Below, in pieces: positions 25,707 to 39,665 of a DNA stretch of 64,000 bases; the stretch's first letter is position 1; every line of letters begins with the position of its first letter. Below the pieces are notes generated by a model. That model was not told the DNA's origin. It worked only from the letters and a program-made list of their open reading frames with translations, and did no database searches. Both the position numbers and the translations under genes were made by a program. This DNA is from Lingula anatina (lineage: Eukaryota > Animalia > Brachiopoda). The stretch is taken from the NCBI GenBank assembly GCA_051362555.1, contig CM120647.1, positions 4,526,001-4,590,000 of the forward strand, read 5' to 3'.

Positions 25707-28270
25707 CTCGGTGTGCTTGGTCTTCTCCTTGATTCAGGAACACGTTTCGTGAGGACTTTAATGACTTGGGACAGTTAGATACGGTAGGATCTCAGGGCCT
25801 CCTCAAAATAAGAGTACTGTAGACTGACCTCTGCCTCTAATTGCCTACCAGATAGAATGTTAGTCCTCCAACTCGACCGTGAATTTGGGACTCTTGCTAG
25901 CCCGGAGGATTGAGCAGAAGCCGTAGACCTTAAGCAAAGATCGCAAAGGGAGTCGCCTTAAATACCGCCTCCAATTCAGGTCGTCACACCAAACATCCTA
26001 CACATACATATAATACTTGACAATAAATAGAGTCTTCCAAGCGCAAATGGTGTCTTTTGACTCCACTGTGGGCTCCGTGATGCATTTAGAATTACTTTGT
26101 CGCTATTCATACCCAACGAATACATCCTTTTGACTGGGAAATTTGAATCTGAAAAGGACATACTTTATGTGTATTTGACACAATGGAGAATAACCGCCTT
26201 GGTGTCCTTAGTGCATGAGCGTCCCATCTTAACACCCGGCTGGTTCTATATAACTCAACACATTAGGTGGCTGAAATCTGTGCTAAATTCACTCTCATAT
26301 GCAATGTGCTCGTCGTTCACTCGTATGCGTAGGCAAACGTTCAAACATTGAATGTGTGAATACCAGGAGAATGCTGTGAGCATGTTGAAAAACAGTTTTA
26401 TACGTCGCTTGTATCCTCATTTTAACACGCTGGATACAGGGTTATTTCATACGCTCAAAGTTTACATATAAACAATGTCACATACGAGACTTATACATGT
26501 GTAGGTATGTCTTTACGCTAGGTGTAACAGAGGCTTCATTTGGAAACGCTTTTCGTCGCCTCGGCCGAGTATCAACGCGTTTAGGAGAGTACATTGTATG
26601 GATTTTCAGCAGGTTTTAGAATTTATTCTATGCGACGGCGGATAGAGAACAAAGAAAGGGCTTCAACCGTCACACATATACGCGTGTGTGACGGGGCAAA
26701 GTAAAACGTGCGGGGGTGGGGGCAGCGATTTGCAATTCGAATAGCGTATTCATTGATAATAAAACCTATTATTTATCGTTTAGCTTGATTTAATTTGTAT
26801 TTCAGTATGCTGATACGTTTACAAAAGCCCCAGTAAGTATTAATCATCAACCAATGATTATTATCACATTTAAAATGTTATTCATTGCTTCCGGTTGTCT
26901 GACCGAATTGGTGTTCATCTCAACAACAGCAATTGCCCGAGCCGCACCGCCTACCGGAGGTAATTTCACTACGCTCCTAATGCTCAACAGGTGTAAATTT
27001 GGTGACATTAATTTTGGTGGTGTCTTATCAATTTACTGGACACTTATTTACCTTTGTGGAAATCACAGTTTGAGGACAAGCTATGAATCTAAATAAATGG
27101 TACCAAGTATGGACATCTTTACCGCTATTTTGTCTTTTCTGTACCATTAATCATATTAGTTATATATAATCATGACATCTGGAATAAAATGCACTGTTTG
27201 TAACAATTACACCTGTGAGGTGATCATTTATAAGCGGCCATTTTGAGCAATGTTGTCAGAAGACTGCATAAAATATCAGTGAGACGCAATTGATGCTGGT
27301 GTACCATGAAAATCTCACTCCCCCAAAATGTGACTCTCCAGTCAGATTTTCATTATGAAAATATGACTCCCCGGTCAAATTTTCATAATGAAAATGTGAC
27401 TCCCCCCATGAAATTTTGACTCCCCCACAATTTTTTTATAAATATTATTTTATTTCAGTATATGACTTTTATATTGTGGTATGCATAATGGATAATACAT
27501 TTGCATTTTTTGTTAGTTTGCAGGTGAAAATTTTAATGAGAAAATAACAAAATTAAAATGTGTATTTTATCACCCAATGACTCCCATATGAAAAAGCTTT
27601 TTATTTGATATTTACATGGTGATCATTTCAACATTTATCTCTTTAGCATAATTTATGAAGAATATATTAGGAATATTTGAAAGTTTGGTGGCAAAATATT
27701 GGGTGCAAAAAATGAAAAAAATAATCATGAAAATTCTTTATATTCATACCCATGGGATTTTGGACTCTCATGAAGAAAAGGCACTATTTTATATTAAGTC
27801 ACCATACCATTTTTTTCACGTGGTTTGCATTGTGACGTATATTTTATTAGTATTTAAAAGTTTGGTGGTGAAAATTTTGGTGAAATTTGATAATTTTTGA
27901 AACAAGTATTCATCTTACTAACTGTAGGATTTGGACTAGCATAGCCTTTTCATAGGAGTCATTGGGTGAAAAAAAATATTTTAATTTTCTCATTTCCTCC
28001 TGAAAAATTTCAAAAAGTGCCAATGTATCCTCCATTATGCATACTTCAAGACAAAAGGTATACATTCAAATAAAATAAGATTTATAAAGGTCAGGCAAAA
28101 TACGTATTTGAATATTGCTTTCAGGGCGAACGCCACTACATATAAGAGCATTAAACGCCCATGCCCAAGGGTTAATACATATGAAACACCCCTCATGAAT
28201 GTCAATAACTCACCACTAACTGCGATGAAAATAAAATCAGGCGTCTTAGCAAAAAACTTCATTATCTTAC

Positions 28271-28392
28271 CTATCTTTATCAAAACCCTCAAACTTTCGA
28301 CTATTTCCAGGGGGAGGGGCGGAAAACCCGTCATCAACGCACAGCAACGCTCCAACGATAACCACGGCGAGTGATGTCTTTATCATCTGCAT
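28271..28392 (-). CDS. EF-hand protein alternative first exon 1c
   Basis: MQMIKTSLAVVIVGALLCVDDGFSAPPPGNSRKFEGFDKD + AG|GTAAGA. 122 nt and open; no exon 2 of its own in the window. Confidence 0.6.
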
Positions 28393-30025
28393 CTTGGAGT
28401 GCTTGGTCTTGTCCTTGATTCAGCAACACGTTTTGCGAGGCGTTGTTAAATGACTTGGGACAAGTAGAGATGGTAGGGTCTCTGGGCCTCCTCAAAATAA
28501 GAGTACTGTAGGCTGACCTCTGCCTCTACTTGCCTACCAGATAGAATGTTATTCCTCCAACTCAACGGTAAATTTAAGACTCTAGCTCGTCCGTAGGATT
28601 GAGCAGAAGCCTTAGGTCTTAAGCAAAGATCGCAAAGGGAGTCGCCTTAAATACCGCCTCCAAATCAACTCATCAACCAAATATCCTACACATACATATA
28701 ATACTTGGCTATAAATAGAGTCTTCCAAACACAAAAGTGTATTTAGACGCCACTGTGGGCTCCGTGATGCATTTAGAATTAGTTTGGTTTGTCGCTATTC
28801 ATACCCAACGAATACATCCTTTTGACTGGGAAATTTGAATCTGAAAAGGACATACTTTACGTTTATTTGACACAATGTTAAATAACCGCTTTGGTGTCCT
28901 TAGTGCATGAGCGTCACAGGTGAATGAGTTCCATCGTAACACCCGGCTGATTCTATATAACTCAACACATTAGGTGGCTGAAAGCTGTGCTTAATTCACT
29001 CTCATACTTAGCAGATACCGAAAAAAAAAACCTATACGCAGACAAACGCAAAGTGTTCGTCGTTAACTCGTATGCGTTGGCAAACGTTGAATGTGTGCAT
29101 ACCAGGAGAATGCTGTGACCATGTTCAGAAACAACTTGTCTCCTCACTTTAACACGCTGGCAACAGGGTTATTTCCTATTTCTCAAAGCTGTGCCTGTAA
29201 ACGATGTCACACACGACACTTATACATGTGTAGGTATGTCTTTAAGCTAGGTGTGACAGAGCCTTTATTTTGAGACACTCTTCGTCGCCTCGGCCTAGTG
29301 TCCTAGCGTTTAGGAGAGCAAATTGTATGGAATTTCATTAGGGTTTGGAATTTATTCTATGCGTTGGCGGATAGAGAACAAAGATAGAGCTTCAACCGTC
29401 AAACATATACACGTGTGTGACGGGGCAATGTAAAAGGTGCGGGGTGGGGACAGATATTTGCACTTCGAATAGCGAATTGACTGATAATCAGACCTATTCT
29501 TCACCGTTTTACTTGCATCAATGTGTTTTCCAGTAGGCTAGTACGTTTGCAAAAGCCCCAGTAAGTATTAATCATCAACCAATGGTTATTATCACATTTT
29601 ATGTTATTCATTGCTTCCGGTTGTCTGGCGGAATTGCTGTTCATCTCAACTACAGCAATTATCCAAGCTCTGTCACACCTACCGGAGATGAATTGCAATA
29701 CGGTTGGTACGCACGCTATTAGATTCGTGACCTTTAATGAGCACACCCTGATGCTTTGTGGAAATAACAGTTAAAAATTGGATTGAGGAGGTACAGGTTA
29801 TGAATTTAAATAAATGGTACAAAATATGGATATTTTCACCGTTATTTTGTATTTTCTGTACCATTAATCACACTACATGTAGTTATATAATAATGGCATC
29901 TGGAATGAAATGTACTGTTTATAACAATAACACCTAGCTGTGAGGTGGTCATTTCTAAATGGTCACTTTTGATCTATGTTGTTTGCAGACCGCAGGAAAT
30001 ATCAGTGAGTCGTAATTGGTCCCGG

Positions 30026-30189
30026 TGTAAAAGGAAAGCAAGTCCGCTAGGTACCGTAGTCCGCTTCCCATTGCTTTGTACATGTAGCCTTCTTCCCCTA
30101 TACTTACCCCCAAACACCAACTAAACCTAACCTGTACTAATCATTTGGGAGCCTGGACTACCATTCTTAGGACTTGAAATCCTGTTACA
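30026..30189. mobile_element. Ginger1-like MITE Y (164 bp) in the 3' UTR region of copy A
   Basis: CCGG|TGTAAAAGGA...TCCTGTTACA|CCGG. Empty sites at about 47474 and 55648. Confidence 0.7.
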
Positions 30190-32046
30190 CCGGCTCCAAC
30201 ATGAAGGCGTCATCTGCTCACATAAATGTGTCATCGTTTCTAGCTTCACTTATCTCTACCATTTGTCTGGGGCGTATCTCCAAAGCAATATTCTCATTAG
30301 TATCGTCCGGAAGTAAATGTTTTTCTATCTCAACCGATCTCTGCACATGTTCATCCGCGGGTCCTTTAGATTTACTATCTGAATGCCAAACAATGCCTTT
30401 GAGTACGTCATATCGCCTTGGCAACCAACCAGCACGGAATGCAACGTTTGTGACGTAGGACACGAGTAAAATACTTAAAAAGCTGAGGAGCATACTAGTC
30501 GTCCTATAGGGGAACGGCTGGAAATCAGTTTCTTCCTCATACCAAGGCCACCGCAGAACTGCTCGAAGACCTAGCAACGGCTCCCCGCTAAGTACCCGGA
30601 TCATCAATCCTACAATATATCCAGCAATTGATCCATAGATGTTGGCTGCGTCTACGAACAAGACCGAGGTCAGCTGAGGGAACAGGATGACGTAGATCAG
30701 GTCGGAGCACAGAATGGTAAGGCTGAAGATGCTGGTGATCTCGATAGCCAACACCGTGGTCAGAATGGCCATAAGAGTCATAAATACTCGCATGGCCCAG
30801 ATAAGTTCACGTTCACTGGCCTGGAAAAATTTAAGCAGGTTGCAGTTCGTTACTGAAGGGCAAACTATACGCGAGTCACTAAATGTGCATGTAACATTTG
30901 TCATATTGCAATTATGTGACAGGTATACATGCAAAATAGCGCACTGAAGCAATGCTGAATAAAAAACGATGAACACACCTTTAGAGAATTGAAAGATTGC
31001 AGCAACATGCAGCATTATTGCTTCAAACTTAAGGTTAGAGGCAAGTGCAAGAAAAAAAGTTCATTGCTGCTTATGCGCCTTCATATTTGCACCAAGCCTA
31101 AAATGTTGCTATGGCTCATCATTCTGAAAGCTAACGGCCATATTTTACACTTCTGCCAATTACATTACATTTGAGCAAAATGTTCATTAGCTTGGTTGTT
31201 GGATATACATGAAAATCCTAGGGCCTGTTAGAAGCAGTAATTGTAGGGGGTGGTGCGACTTAAGTATTGGTTGGCATGTGTGGCCTTTCTGTAGACTTTC
31301 AGACTCAGGTGGCTGTCGTTTGAATCACGTGTGATTAATGAATCCAGGAAAGCAATATAATTGTTTTCCTACAGCTCTCGATCTAGTGAACTTGATGTTG
31401 ACATTTACAAGAGGGTCCTGGCCGCTATACCACCTAGCAGTCAGTCTGTGTGAACAACTACTCACATATACCTTACATTTGTTATTTAAAACAATACTGG
31501 TATATATCTATACTACCCATGCTTGAAATATTATTTTTACATGCATACATGAATAGAACGTATTTGTTTCTTATTCAAACAAATATTTTTCAGGTACACT
31601 GCATACTGCCAAGACGCTGCTGTTCAACAGATGGTTTTTTAAGCAAAATAATTTCTGTAACAATGATATCAAAATAATGCATAACATCTTAAAAGGATGA
31701 AACTGTCTAGCAAATACCTTCCCCATCCTTGCGGGTTTATAGATATTGTTGGAAAACATGGAGCTCGAGGAAAGCAAGATGGAGTCTGCAGACGACATGA
31801 CTGCAGCGGAAATGGCGCCAAGACCAATCAGAGCAACTAAAAAAGTACAAATGTATTGGTATAGATGTATATTATATAAAACTATTGCACAAAGACTGAC
31901 TCGTTAATAAACGCTTTTACATAGGACTTTTATGTATGCTTCAATATTAATCCAATTCAATTCCATTCAATTCCATTCAATTATATTATATTATATTATA
32001 TTATATTATATTATATTATATTTTCGGCAGTTACTGTTTAACTTAA

Positions 32047-33829
32047 AGCCATAATAACTCTTTCTTTGAGATTCAAAATTCCGCAAGAAATACATAGTAA
32101 ACAACGCAGGAAAAAAATTATATTGTATTTTACCACTAAAACGACTGTTATTGTAGTAAAACTTAAATCTGTGCTATTCAATAGGACTTTCAATGCCTTT
32201 CTTCCCGGTCGTCAAGGCATCCGTTGCCAATGACGTTGGGATGCCACACCGATTCTCGCATTCATTCGAGACCAAAAGAACATATGGTGCTATATGAAAG
32301 CAGACGCATGATGCAATCCTCATACTTAACCCCATAGAGCCCGTCACCGCATATGTGCGGTTCAATTATCGCTTACCCCAAACGCCCAGAACCGCATATG
32401 TGCGTATCTTGGAAAGATCGTCTTCTGTACTCTTTTGTATCGTGAGTCATAAAATGATATATAGTTTAACATCCGGGTATGTTTCTTGTCTCTCATTGCC
32501 ACCATTTTTAAAGGCGATAGAAATATATATGAGCGAGAAAACGGCGATTTTCAAGACTTAGGTGGAGAAAGTAAAATCAAGATGTCGGCTCCTCGCTACG
32601 GTAGGGACCTGCGAAGGGATACTGTTATTGAAATGATTGAAAACCCGGACTTTGATGAGAAGTTTTCGTGTGACAGTGACATAGACAGTGACGATGATAT
32701 TAATTTATTTATGATATAAAGGACGATAGAAATATATATGAGCGAGAAATCGGCTATTTCCTAGACTTAGCTGAAGAAAGTAAAATCAAAATGGCGACTT
32801 CTCACTACGGAAGAGGCCTGCGAATGGATACTGTTATTGAAATGATTGAAAACTACGACACTGATCAGGTGTTTTCGAGTGACAATGATATAGACAGAGG
32901 GGAAGATATTCCTTTATTCATGATAAAAGTTTTAAAGATGTTTTTGCCATAGATGGTGTTAAAAATTGACTTCTATTCAGCTCTGGCCACGATGTTCAGG
33001 TGAGCTGAAAAGCTGGCTCAAGTAGGTATACCTGGTAGCAAAACGAGCATAACTTGGAAATTAATGGAGATAACTTGCTGAAATTTCCTGGATTGAAAGT
33101 TACTATAATTGACATCATCTCTGTGAATTTTCAGGCAAATTTATGGAGAAATAAAAAATTGATGTGCATAAGATAAATCAACTTTGTTTTATTTCACCCA
33201 TTATCAAATAAAAATGTAGTTTTTAACCGGCCATAATTCTTTGTACAGTGCGTTGAATTTAAATGTAATTCTATTTTTATTTAGCTTGAAATGTTGGCTT
33301 TTAAAAAATGTATACTTTGTATGGGTAATAAAGGCAAACAAATAAATTATGGCCAATTTACTGAAGTGACCCGGCTTTTCAAGGCTACCTCACAGAATTA
33401 ATTGGGCACAGCAGAACTTTATGGGTCAGCATTAACTGGATCCTATGGGGTTAAGTTGCGAGTTTTTGTACAGTGCGTCGGAAAACGATAAGCCCAGAAC
33501 TGCACACATTGAAGATAAAAATGCATTTGAGCAATAAGACGAATACATCTTATGAACCTTATATTATTGTTTTATATAGTGCTGTTGTTGTCTGTTTTAA
33601 GTAGGTCACCAGAAAATATCGCTCGATATCGCGTGACAAAGCAATGTCAGAGAGGGCTCCGTCAGTTAAAATATTTTAAGAGATTTAAACAAATAACCAA
33701 ACGTTTAGGAAAACACTGGACTAACTTTGAATGCAGGAATAGGGCCTTGATCATTGGTACGTACGGGAAAATTGCCGTTTTCTCCAGGACAATCCATTTT
33801 TGACCAAAACAAAGATTTATATCATGACT
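32047..33829. mobile_element. Kolobok-like element in intron 7 of copy A (shorter counterpart at 42250-42921 in copy B)
   Basis: TTAA-flanked; ends resemble 25213-25549; absent from copies C and D. Confidence 0.6.
32330..33450 (+). mobile_element. piggyBac-like non-autonomous element (1121 bp) nested in the Kolobok-like element
   Basis: TTAA|CCCCATAG...CTATGGGG|TTAA. Exact empty site CATACTTAAGTTGCG in copy B (about 42523-42537). Carries two tandem copies of an acidic N-terminal ORF remnant. Confidence 0.85.
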
Positions 33830-35451
33830 TTAACATTAACTAAATTTTGTAAGTTTATAAGCCATTGTGAATCATATATTATACTGATCTTACCTACAAA
33901 AGGGCACACATACTGCAAGACAAGCGGTGCGATCAGTTTAAGGTCATCTGCCGGAAACGGAAGCGCTCCTTCGTACGCTGTGGCGTTCCAATCTGACACA
34001 AATAAATCAAAATAAAAAATAAAGAAATAAAAGAAAGTTTCCAAATCTAGTTGCACCCTTACAACATTTGTTACAGAGACTATTCATCGCAGTGCAGCGC
34101 AAATTATCAGGGATACAGGAATCGTTCTGAATGTAGAAGCATGCACATTGTTTTAAACACGCGGTACAATGGACATGTGACCAGGCCCGAAGTACAGTGC
34201 AAATGTCTAAAGTAAATTTAGATGAATCTCAATGCCCAAAACATTTTTGACCAAGATAAATTACCAACAGACACTGCTACCATCCCAATGAGTAGAGGCG
34301 GGATTGTGGACACTACAAATCCTGCTGCTCCTGCGTACACCATCACTTCCGCCAACCTCGATGACTTCATCGCCAGGACGCGCTGCCACAAAATCTGTTT
34401 ACCAGTTAATGACAAACATTAATACTATTTATAAACTTAAGTACTTAATTTTACCCAGTGGCCACCGCCCAGCAAACAGGACGTTTTATAACGACATTAC
34501 AACGTTACCATAGAGTTATTTGGGTATATAAACGTTACTCAATAATCATCTTATTTGCTTGCTGGACGGTATACAAAATCAGCAGTTACCCTCCCCATCG
34601 CCACATAATTTTGAAAACAGTTTAATCTATTTAAAAAATAAGGATTTTACTTGATCTCAGTCCATCAAGTCTCTTACTATACGGAACACCCAGATAAGCA
34701 CCACTGATGTTACAAATAGCCTGCTTGCCGTAAGAGGGGGGGGGGGGGGGTCACTGAAGACATACCAGGATACAGTAGCCACCTCGAAGTATTTTCTCTT
34801 AGCCCTCCGACTAGATTATAAAAGAAACGAGCGCTCTTACCTGTCAAGGTATTCCCCCCATCATCATTTGTAACAGTGTATCTATGTAGGTGGTGATGTC
34901 TTGGTTTGGAACCTTCCCTATCCACTTCTCTGACGTCTCTGATAGTGACGTCATCAGGGGGTTCGACAAGGCAAAAGGGATGGCCAGCCACTAAGAAAGA
35001 AAGACATTTACTTTTTTTCCTATTCAAAGGGATGTTACAACTAAAAAAAAAGACTCTTCTCCAGTTCCTCCACAGAGCATTAACTGCACGTATCGACGGA
35101 GATAATAAACACAAGTTACTGTATACCTATGTGTGGGCACAGGGTCACATTACCATTTGTGGGGGTACATGGTGAAATCCCAATACTTGTATTGCCTACA
35201 ACGTTACCTGTTACATTTTTCTTACACCTTAAAGAGAATAAAACTTACCAGGCCTACAAAGATGAACAACATCTGCATGACATCAGTGTAGAAGACCGAG
35301 TAGAGTCCTCCAAACAACGTGTATATCAAGGCCACAGCTGCCGACACCGTAATGGTGATCCAGTGGTCGAGCCCAACAACCACTGTTAGAGTTGTACCTA
35401 AATCGATGGACAGCACAATGTAATATATGGGTTCACACCACCTTAGAATAG

Positions 35452-35611
35452 CAGGGCCGTAGCCAGAGCAAAATGCCAGGGGGGCAGTAAGCGGACACGA
35501 GGGGGCGAAGCTACCGAGGGGGGAGGGTGTGGTGTGTAAAATTCCAAATTCCAGGGGGGCACCTGCCCCCCCCCCTCCCCCCCCCCCCCCCCCCCGGAGG
35601 CTACGGCCCTG
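35452..35611. mobile_element. MITE with 13-bp TIR and 5-bp TSD AATAG (also 44547-44698 in copy B)
   Basis: AATAG|CAGGGCCGTAGCC...GGCTACGGCCCTG|AATAG. Empty site in copies C and D (TTAGAATTGCGTCACC). Confidence 0.85.
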
Positions 35612-38532
35612 AATAGCGTCACCTGACTGTTGCGCCAACACGCGGACGTATCTTACACTACATTTACATCTGTACAAAATCTATGTCAAAACTAGAAAAA
35701 AATGCATTTTTAATGAAAATGATAAATGGCGACTTTTTGGGTACTTGAATAATATATCTTTCCAGTATGCCTTTAAATACAACCCCTTACCTAATGAAGA
35801 CAAGGTGGCAGCGAACCAAAATATGTCCCCGGTAAAAGCCGGCAAGAACAGGAACCCTGTCATGATTTTACCAAACTTCCGGTCGAAGGGATCCAGCATA
35901 GTGATGTAATCGTCTTCACGCATCTTTTTGACAAAGAAGAACGCAGCTGAAATGATGAAAATAAAAAGCTTAATGTTTATGCGAAACAACGGAAAATTGC
36001 TATTTTCATACAAAACCTACCTATACATTATGAAAGGATGACATATGAATTTTTCAACAAAAAGTTGGATATTACAGTGAAAAATGATACAATTCTCCAA
36101 TACTGATATATGCACAGTTACAATATACGCGGCATTCAACTGGAATTCAAAGTTCAAAATTTTCTTTATAATTGAATTTGCCAAGTATTTACGATTACAT
36201 TTTTTTTTCTTATAATTGTGACAATCTCAAAATGTTTATTAATAAGGATAATTTATTTCTTGTATAGAATATGAATTATTTTGTTGCACTGGTGTGACTG
36301 TCACACTGATACGCATTTAGTGTTACCTAAAACAGAACTTGCACAGTACCCGAGCGGCATACTGAGCGCGGACAAACCAGAAGTGTAGATACCCTCGGCA
36401 AGCCCGCTGATCAGAGAGCCATCTACCCACGTGGCTGGAAAGTAAAGGGATAACAACTCTTCGCATGAGATCCATACTTCATAAAAACGAATAATTAAAT
36501 ACTAAAATTTTGTAATTAGTTACAGTATAAATAAGGCAGAATATGTTCTTTTTTTACTTCCAAACCAATACCTAAATATTTTGAACTTAATTTTATTATT
36601 ATTTAATTATCAATTATAAACAATATAAAAACAAACTGACCTGTCAAAGTAAATATCCCTAGATACGTCCCAATATTTCTCCCTGCTAGCAAGATATCCT
36701 CACTCGTCGCCTCTTTCCCTTTCTTTTTATTTTTCCATGCCGCCCAGATACCAAGGATGAAAATAAGCAAGTAGAACACAAAAATGGCGACGAGACCCCA
36801 AACATGAACAGCCATATTCCCAAAGTCTCTGCCACAGACTTGCCGTGCCAAAGTGTGAATCCCTGCGTTCCTAAAACAAGTTAAGTCGAATTACCACGCC
36901 TTTGCCTTCAGTACATAAACCTAGACATGTGCATACCTTAGGGACCTGTTCGTCCACGCTGTTGATCAACACAAGATTACTAGACAAATGAAATGCAATG
37001 TGTTATGGTAGCAGAATGTTGTCATCACATGCAGGTGTTTATCATGATAATAAGACGATCAGCCTATCCTTAAAGTCACGTTCACGTTTTGAAAGACATA
37101 CAGTGTTTGTCTTCAGTACGTATTTTTTTTTGCCATATTGATGTAAAAATATTGTGTATATTGATGTAAAAAACGTGAAGAATTTACTACTCCAAAACCT
37201 TGCCAGCGATTTTTCTTCAAAATCTTAGATCAGATTTCATCAATAATAAGGCAAACAGCTGCCTTTTTAATGAAAAATGTTATAAGGGGCTCATAGCTCC
37301 ACAACAAAAAAAAATTAAACTAAAATGACGACACGGGGTTATATTGTTTTAAACCCACGCAAAGACAGATACATTATTGAATAATAAGATGCAGGAATCC
37401 CTTATTTTCAGTAGTGAAACTGTATCTACAAAGATATGCTCTCGAGCATGGGATGTTATAGTCTTGTACGTTTATTCCAGACATTAAGCTGAAGAAGGAG
37501 AATTAAGCATAAGTGTGTTTATAATCAGCAGTTTTCACAACGATATCCTACCCGCATTTTATCGTGCAGTAAAACATATAGTATACAATGGAAAACCGAT
37601 ATCTTCTCATTGTCCAAACCTGATAACATATGTATTACATAATTTGCAGTACAGAATTACTAAGAGGTACATGAAGATAACAAAATTTAGTAATAAAAAC
37701 TTTATAAATGGTCTTAAGGTAATGATTTTATAATATACTTCCAATGGACAACAAAAACAGCGTCTGTCTGTTATATAATATTTGTGACGTTATAAAATAC
37801 TTTGTGTTTCATTAAACATTAGACCACACAATTACTTAAGATGCTTAGTTTCGAGGGAAAATTAAATATGAGCAAGACATTTTCGAGCTTAGTCCAATCG
37901 GTTTTTTAATGTTTCAGTATACGCGTACGTGACGGGGCAAAGAGGAGTGCGGAGGCGCGGGGGGGGGGGGGGGGGGGTGAGCAATTCACATTTCGAATAG
38001 CGAATTCTTCGATAATGAGACCTTTTGTTCATTGTTTAACTTGTTTAATTTTTTTTCAATACGCTGATGCGTTTACAAAAGCACCAGTTACTATTAGTCA
38101 TCACATTTAATGCTATTCATTGCTTTTGGTTGTCTGGCGGAATAGCTGTTATAATCTCAACAACAGCAATTGCCCGAGCAACACCACCTACCGGAGATAG
38201 GCCTTATTGCAATAATGGGTTGGTACTCACACTATTAGGCCCTTGAACTTTTATGAGCACACCCAAATGCTGTGGAAATCACAGTGAAACATTGGATTTG
38301 GGGAAGTACAGGTTGTGAATTTAAATGAATGGTACAAAATAAGGATGTTTTCAGCTCTATTTTGTATTTTCTGTACCATTAGTCGTGCAAGTTATATAAT
38401 AATGATATCTGGAATACAAAGCGGCACTGTTAATAACGATTACACCTGTGAGGTGGTCATTTCCAAATGGTCATTTTTGATTTATGTTGTCTGCAGACTG
38501 CATAAAATATCTGTGAGATGTAATTGGTCCGG

Positions 38533-39665
38533 TGTAACAAGAATACAAGTCCGCTGGGAACCGTAGTACGCTTCATATTCAGGCCTTCCCAACTACCAGA
38601 CTCGGCACCTACGGGTCCAGAATAAACCGGTATATCTGACCACACTACCCGTTTTCAAGGTGTGTGTCAGATCGCATAAAAGAGTATCATACCCTATCAC
38701 AAATTCTGTAAGCCTACCTGTCATCCGGGTATCGCGCCTCGTTTTCGTCAAGTAGGAGTCGCATGAATACAACAGACGACTCCCTCAATCAGGGGGTGGA
38801 AACGCGCTACTTATATGATTAAGACGAGCCTAGCCGTCAGTACCGGTTATTGTTTTGTGACCTTGAGGAGCAATTAGGTTTGGTCGTTGCGGCACGCATC
38901 AACAGTAGTTGAACTACCACACCTGGGTCTTTTGTTTTTGACAACTGTTCACTCGTCATCGAGGCGCTTGTTCAAGACTACAGGCTGATATCTACTAGTA
39001 CTACCAGTGGCTTCATTAGTAACGTTCCCACAATACTTAAGTTTTCTGTCCGTGCGTACAAACCCTGAAAAAGGACAGCCTCGCTGACGAGAACAATGGA
39101 CGTGTCTCACCCCTCTCTAGGATTACCCCTGCCCTCAATCTCGTCCATCCCGGTAGTCACAAAAATATTTAACCCCCGACAGAATATGCTTCTGCTATCA
39201 AAATTAGGTATACTTTTCTAAATTAATATATAAGTTTGCAAGTTCTTATTTACAAAACATCAATGGCTATGTCCGAACCTAAATTTTATGTTAAAAATTG
39301 CGGTACTGTCAGATTTGAGCATAAACAGAGAAAATTGCAGCAGCGCATGAATCTAGATGAGATGCACTACTTTCCAACCCCGCTTAGGATCATTGCTATC
39401 ACATCGCGCACCAGGCAAAATCGGTGTGGTGGCTGATACTCTGTAATGCGATCTGACACACACCTTGAAAACGGGTAGAGTGGTCTGATAAACCGGTTTA
39501 TACTGGACCCGTAGGTGCCGAGTCTGGTAGTTGGGAAGGCCTGATATTACTTTGTACAGGTGACGAGCGTCCCATATACTAACCCCATTACTCCAACTAA
39601 ACCTAACCTGTACTAATCATTATGGAGTCCGGACTTCCATTCCTAGGACTTCCATTCCTGTTACA
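38533..39665. mobile_element. MITE Y copy carrying a nested 964-bp TIR element (38580-39543)
   Basis: Outer element CCGG|TGTAACA...TGTTACA|CGGG. Inner element has about 110-bp TIRs starting CAGGCCTTCCCAACTACC and a 5-bp TSD ATATT. Confidence 0.85.

Larger units (their letters stand above)
15113..30279. repeat. Three-unit tandem segmental duplication (about 15113-21025, 21021-28090, 28091-30279)
   Basis: Each unit repeats EF-hand exon 1, its upstream region and the SLC5A7 3' flank. The unit 1/2 junction has TATCT microhomology; the unit 2/3 junction cuts a transposon at 28090. Confidence 0.85.
30218..36815 (-). pseudogene. SLC5A7: SLC5A7/CHT1-like sodium:solute symporter, copy A, with in-frame TGA at codon 245
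   Basis: Exons 36815-36641, 36434-36327, 35946-35791, 35397-35249, 34990-34841, 34394-34265, 33992-33894, 31836-31718, 30820-30218 (1689 nt). CHT1 motifs [35 protein letters not shown] and GEP are present. GGIPWQ reads GGIP*Q (34844-34846). Confidence 0.85.

Noticed and set aside
34844-34846. TGA read as selenocysteine
   Set aside because: The paralogues have Trp, not Cys, at this position, and I could not see a SECIS-like structure in the 3' flank.
36816-36851. N-terminal extensions from TTG/GTG starts in the ORF track (copies A, B and C)
   Set aside because: Prokaryotic-style start calls; the ATG aligns with the CHT1 N-terminus (MA.HV.GL).
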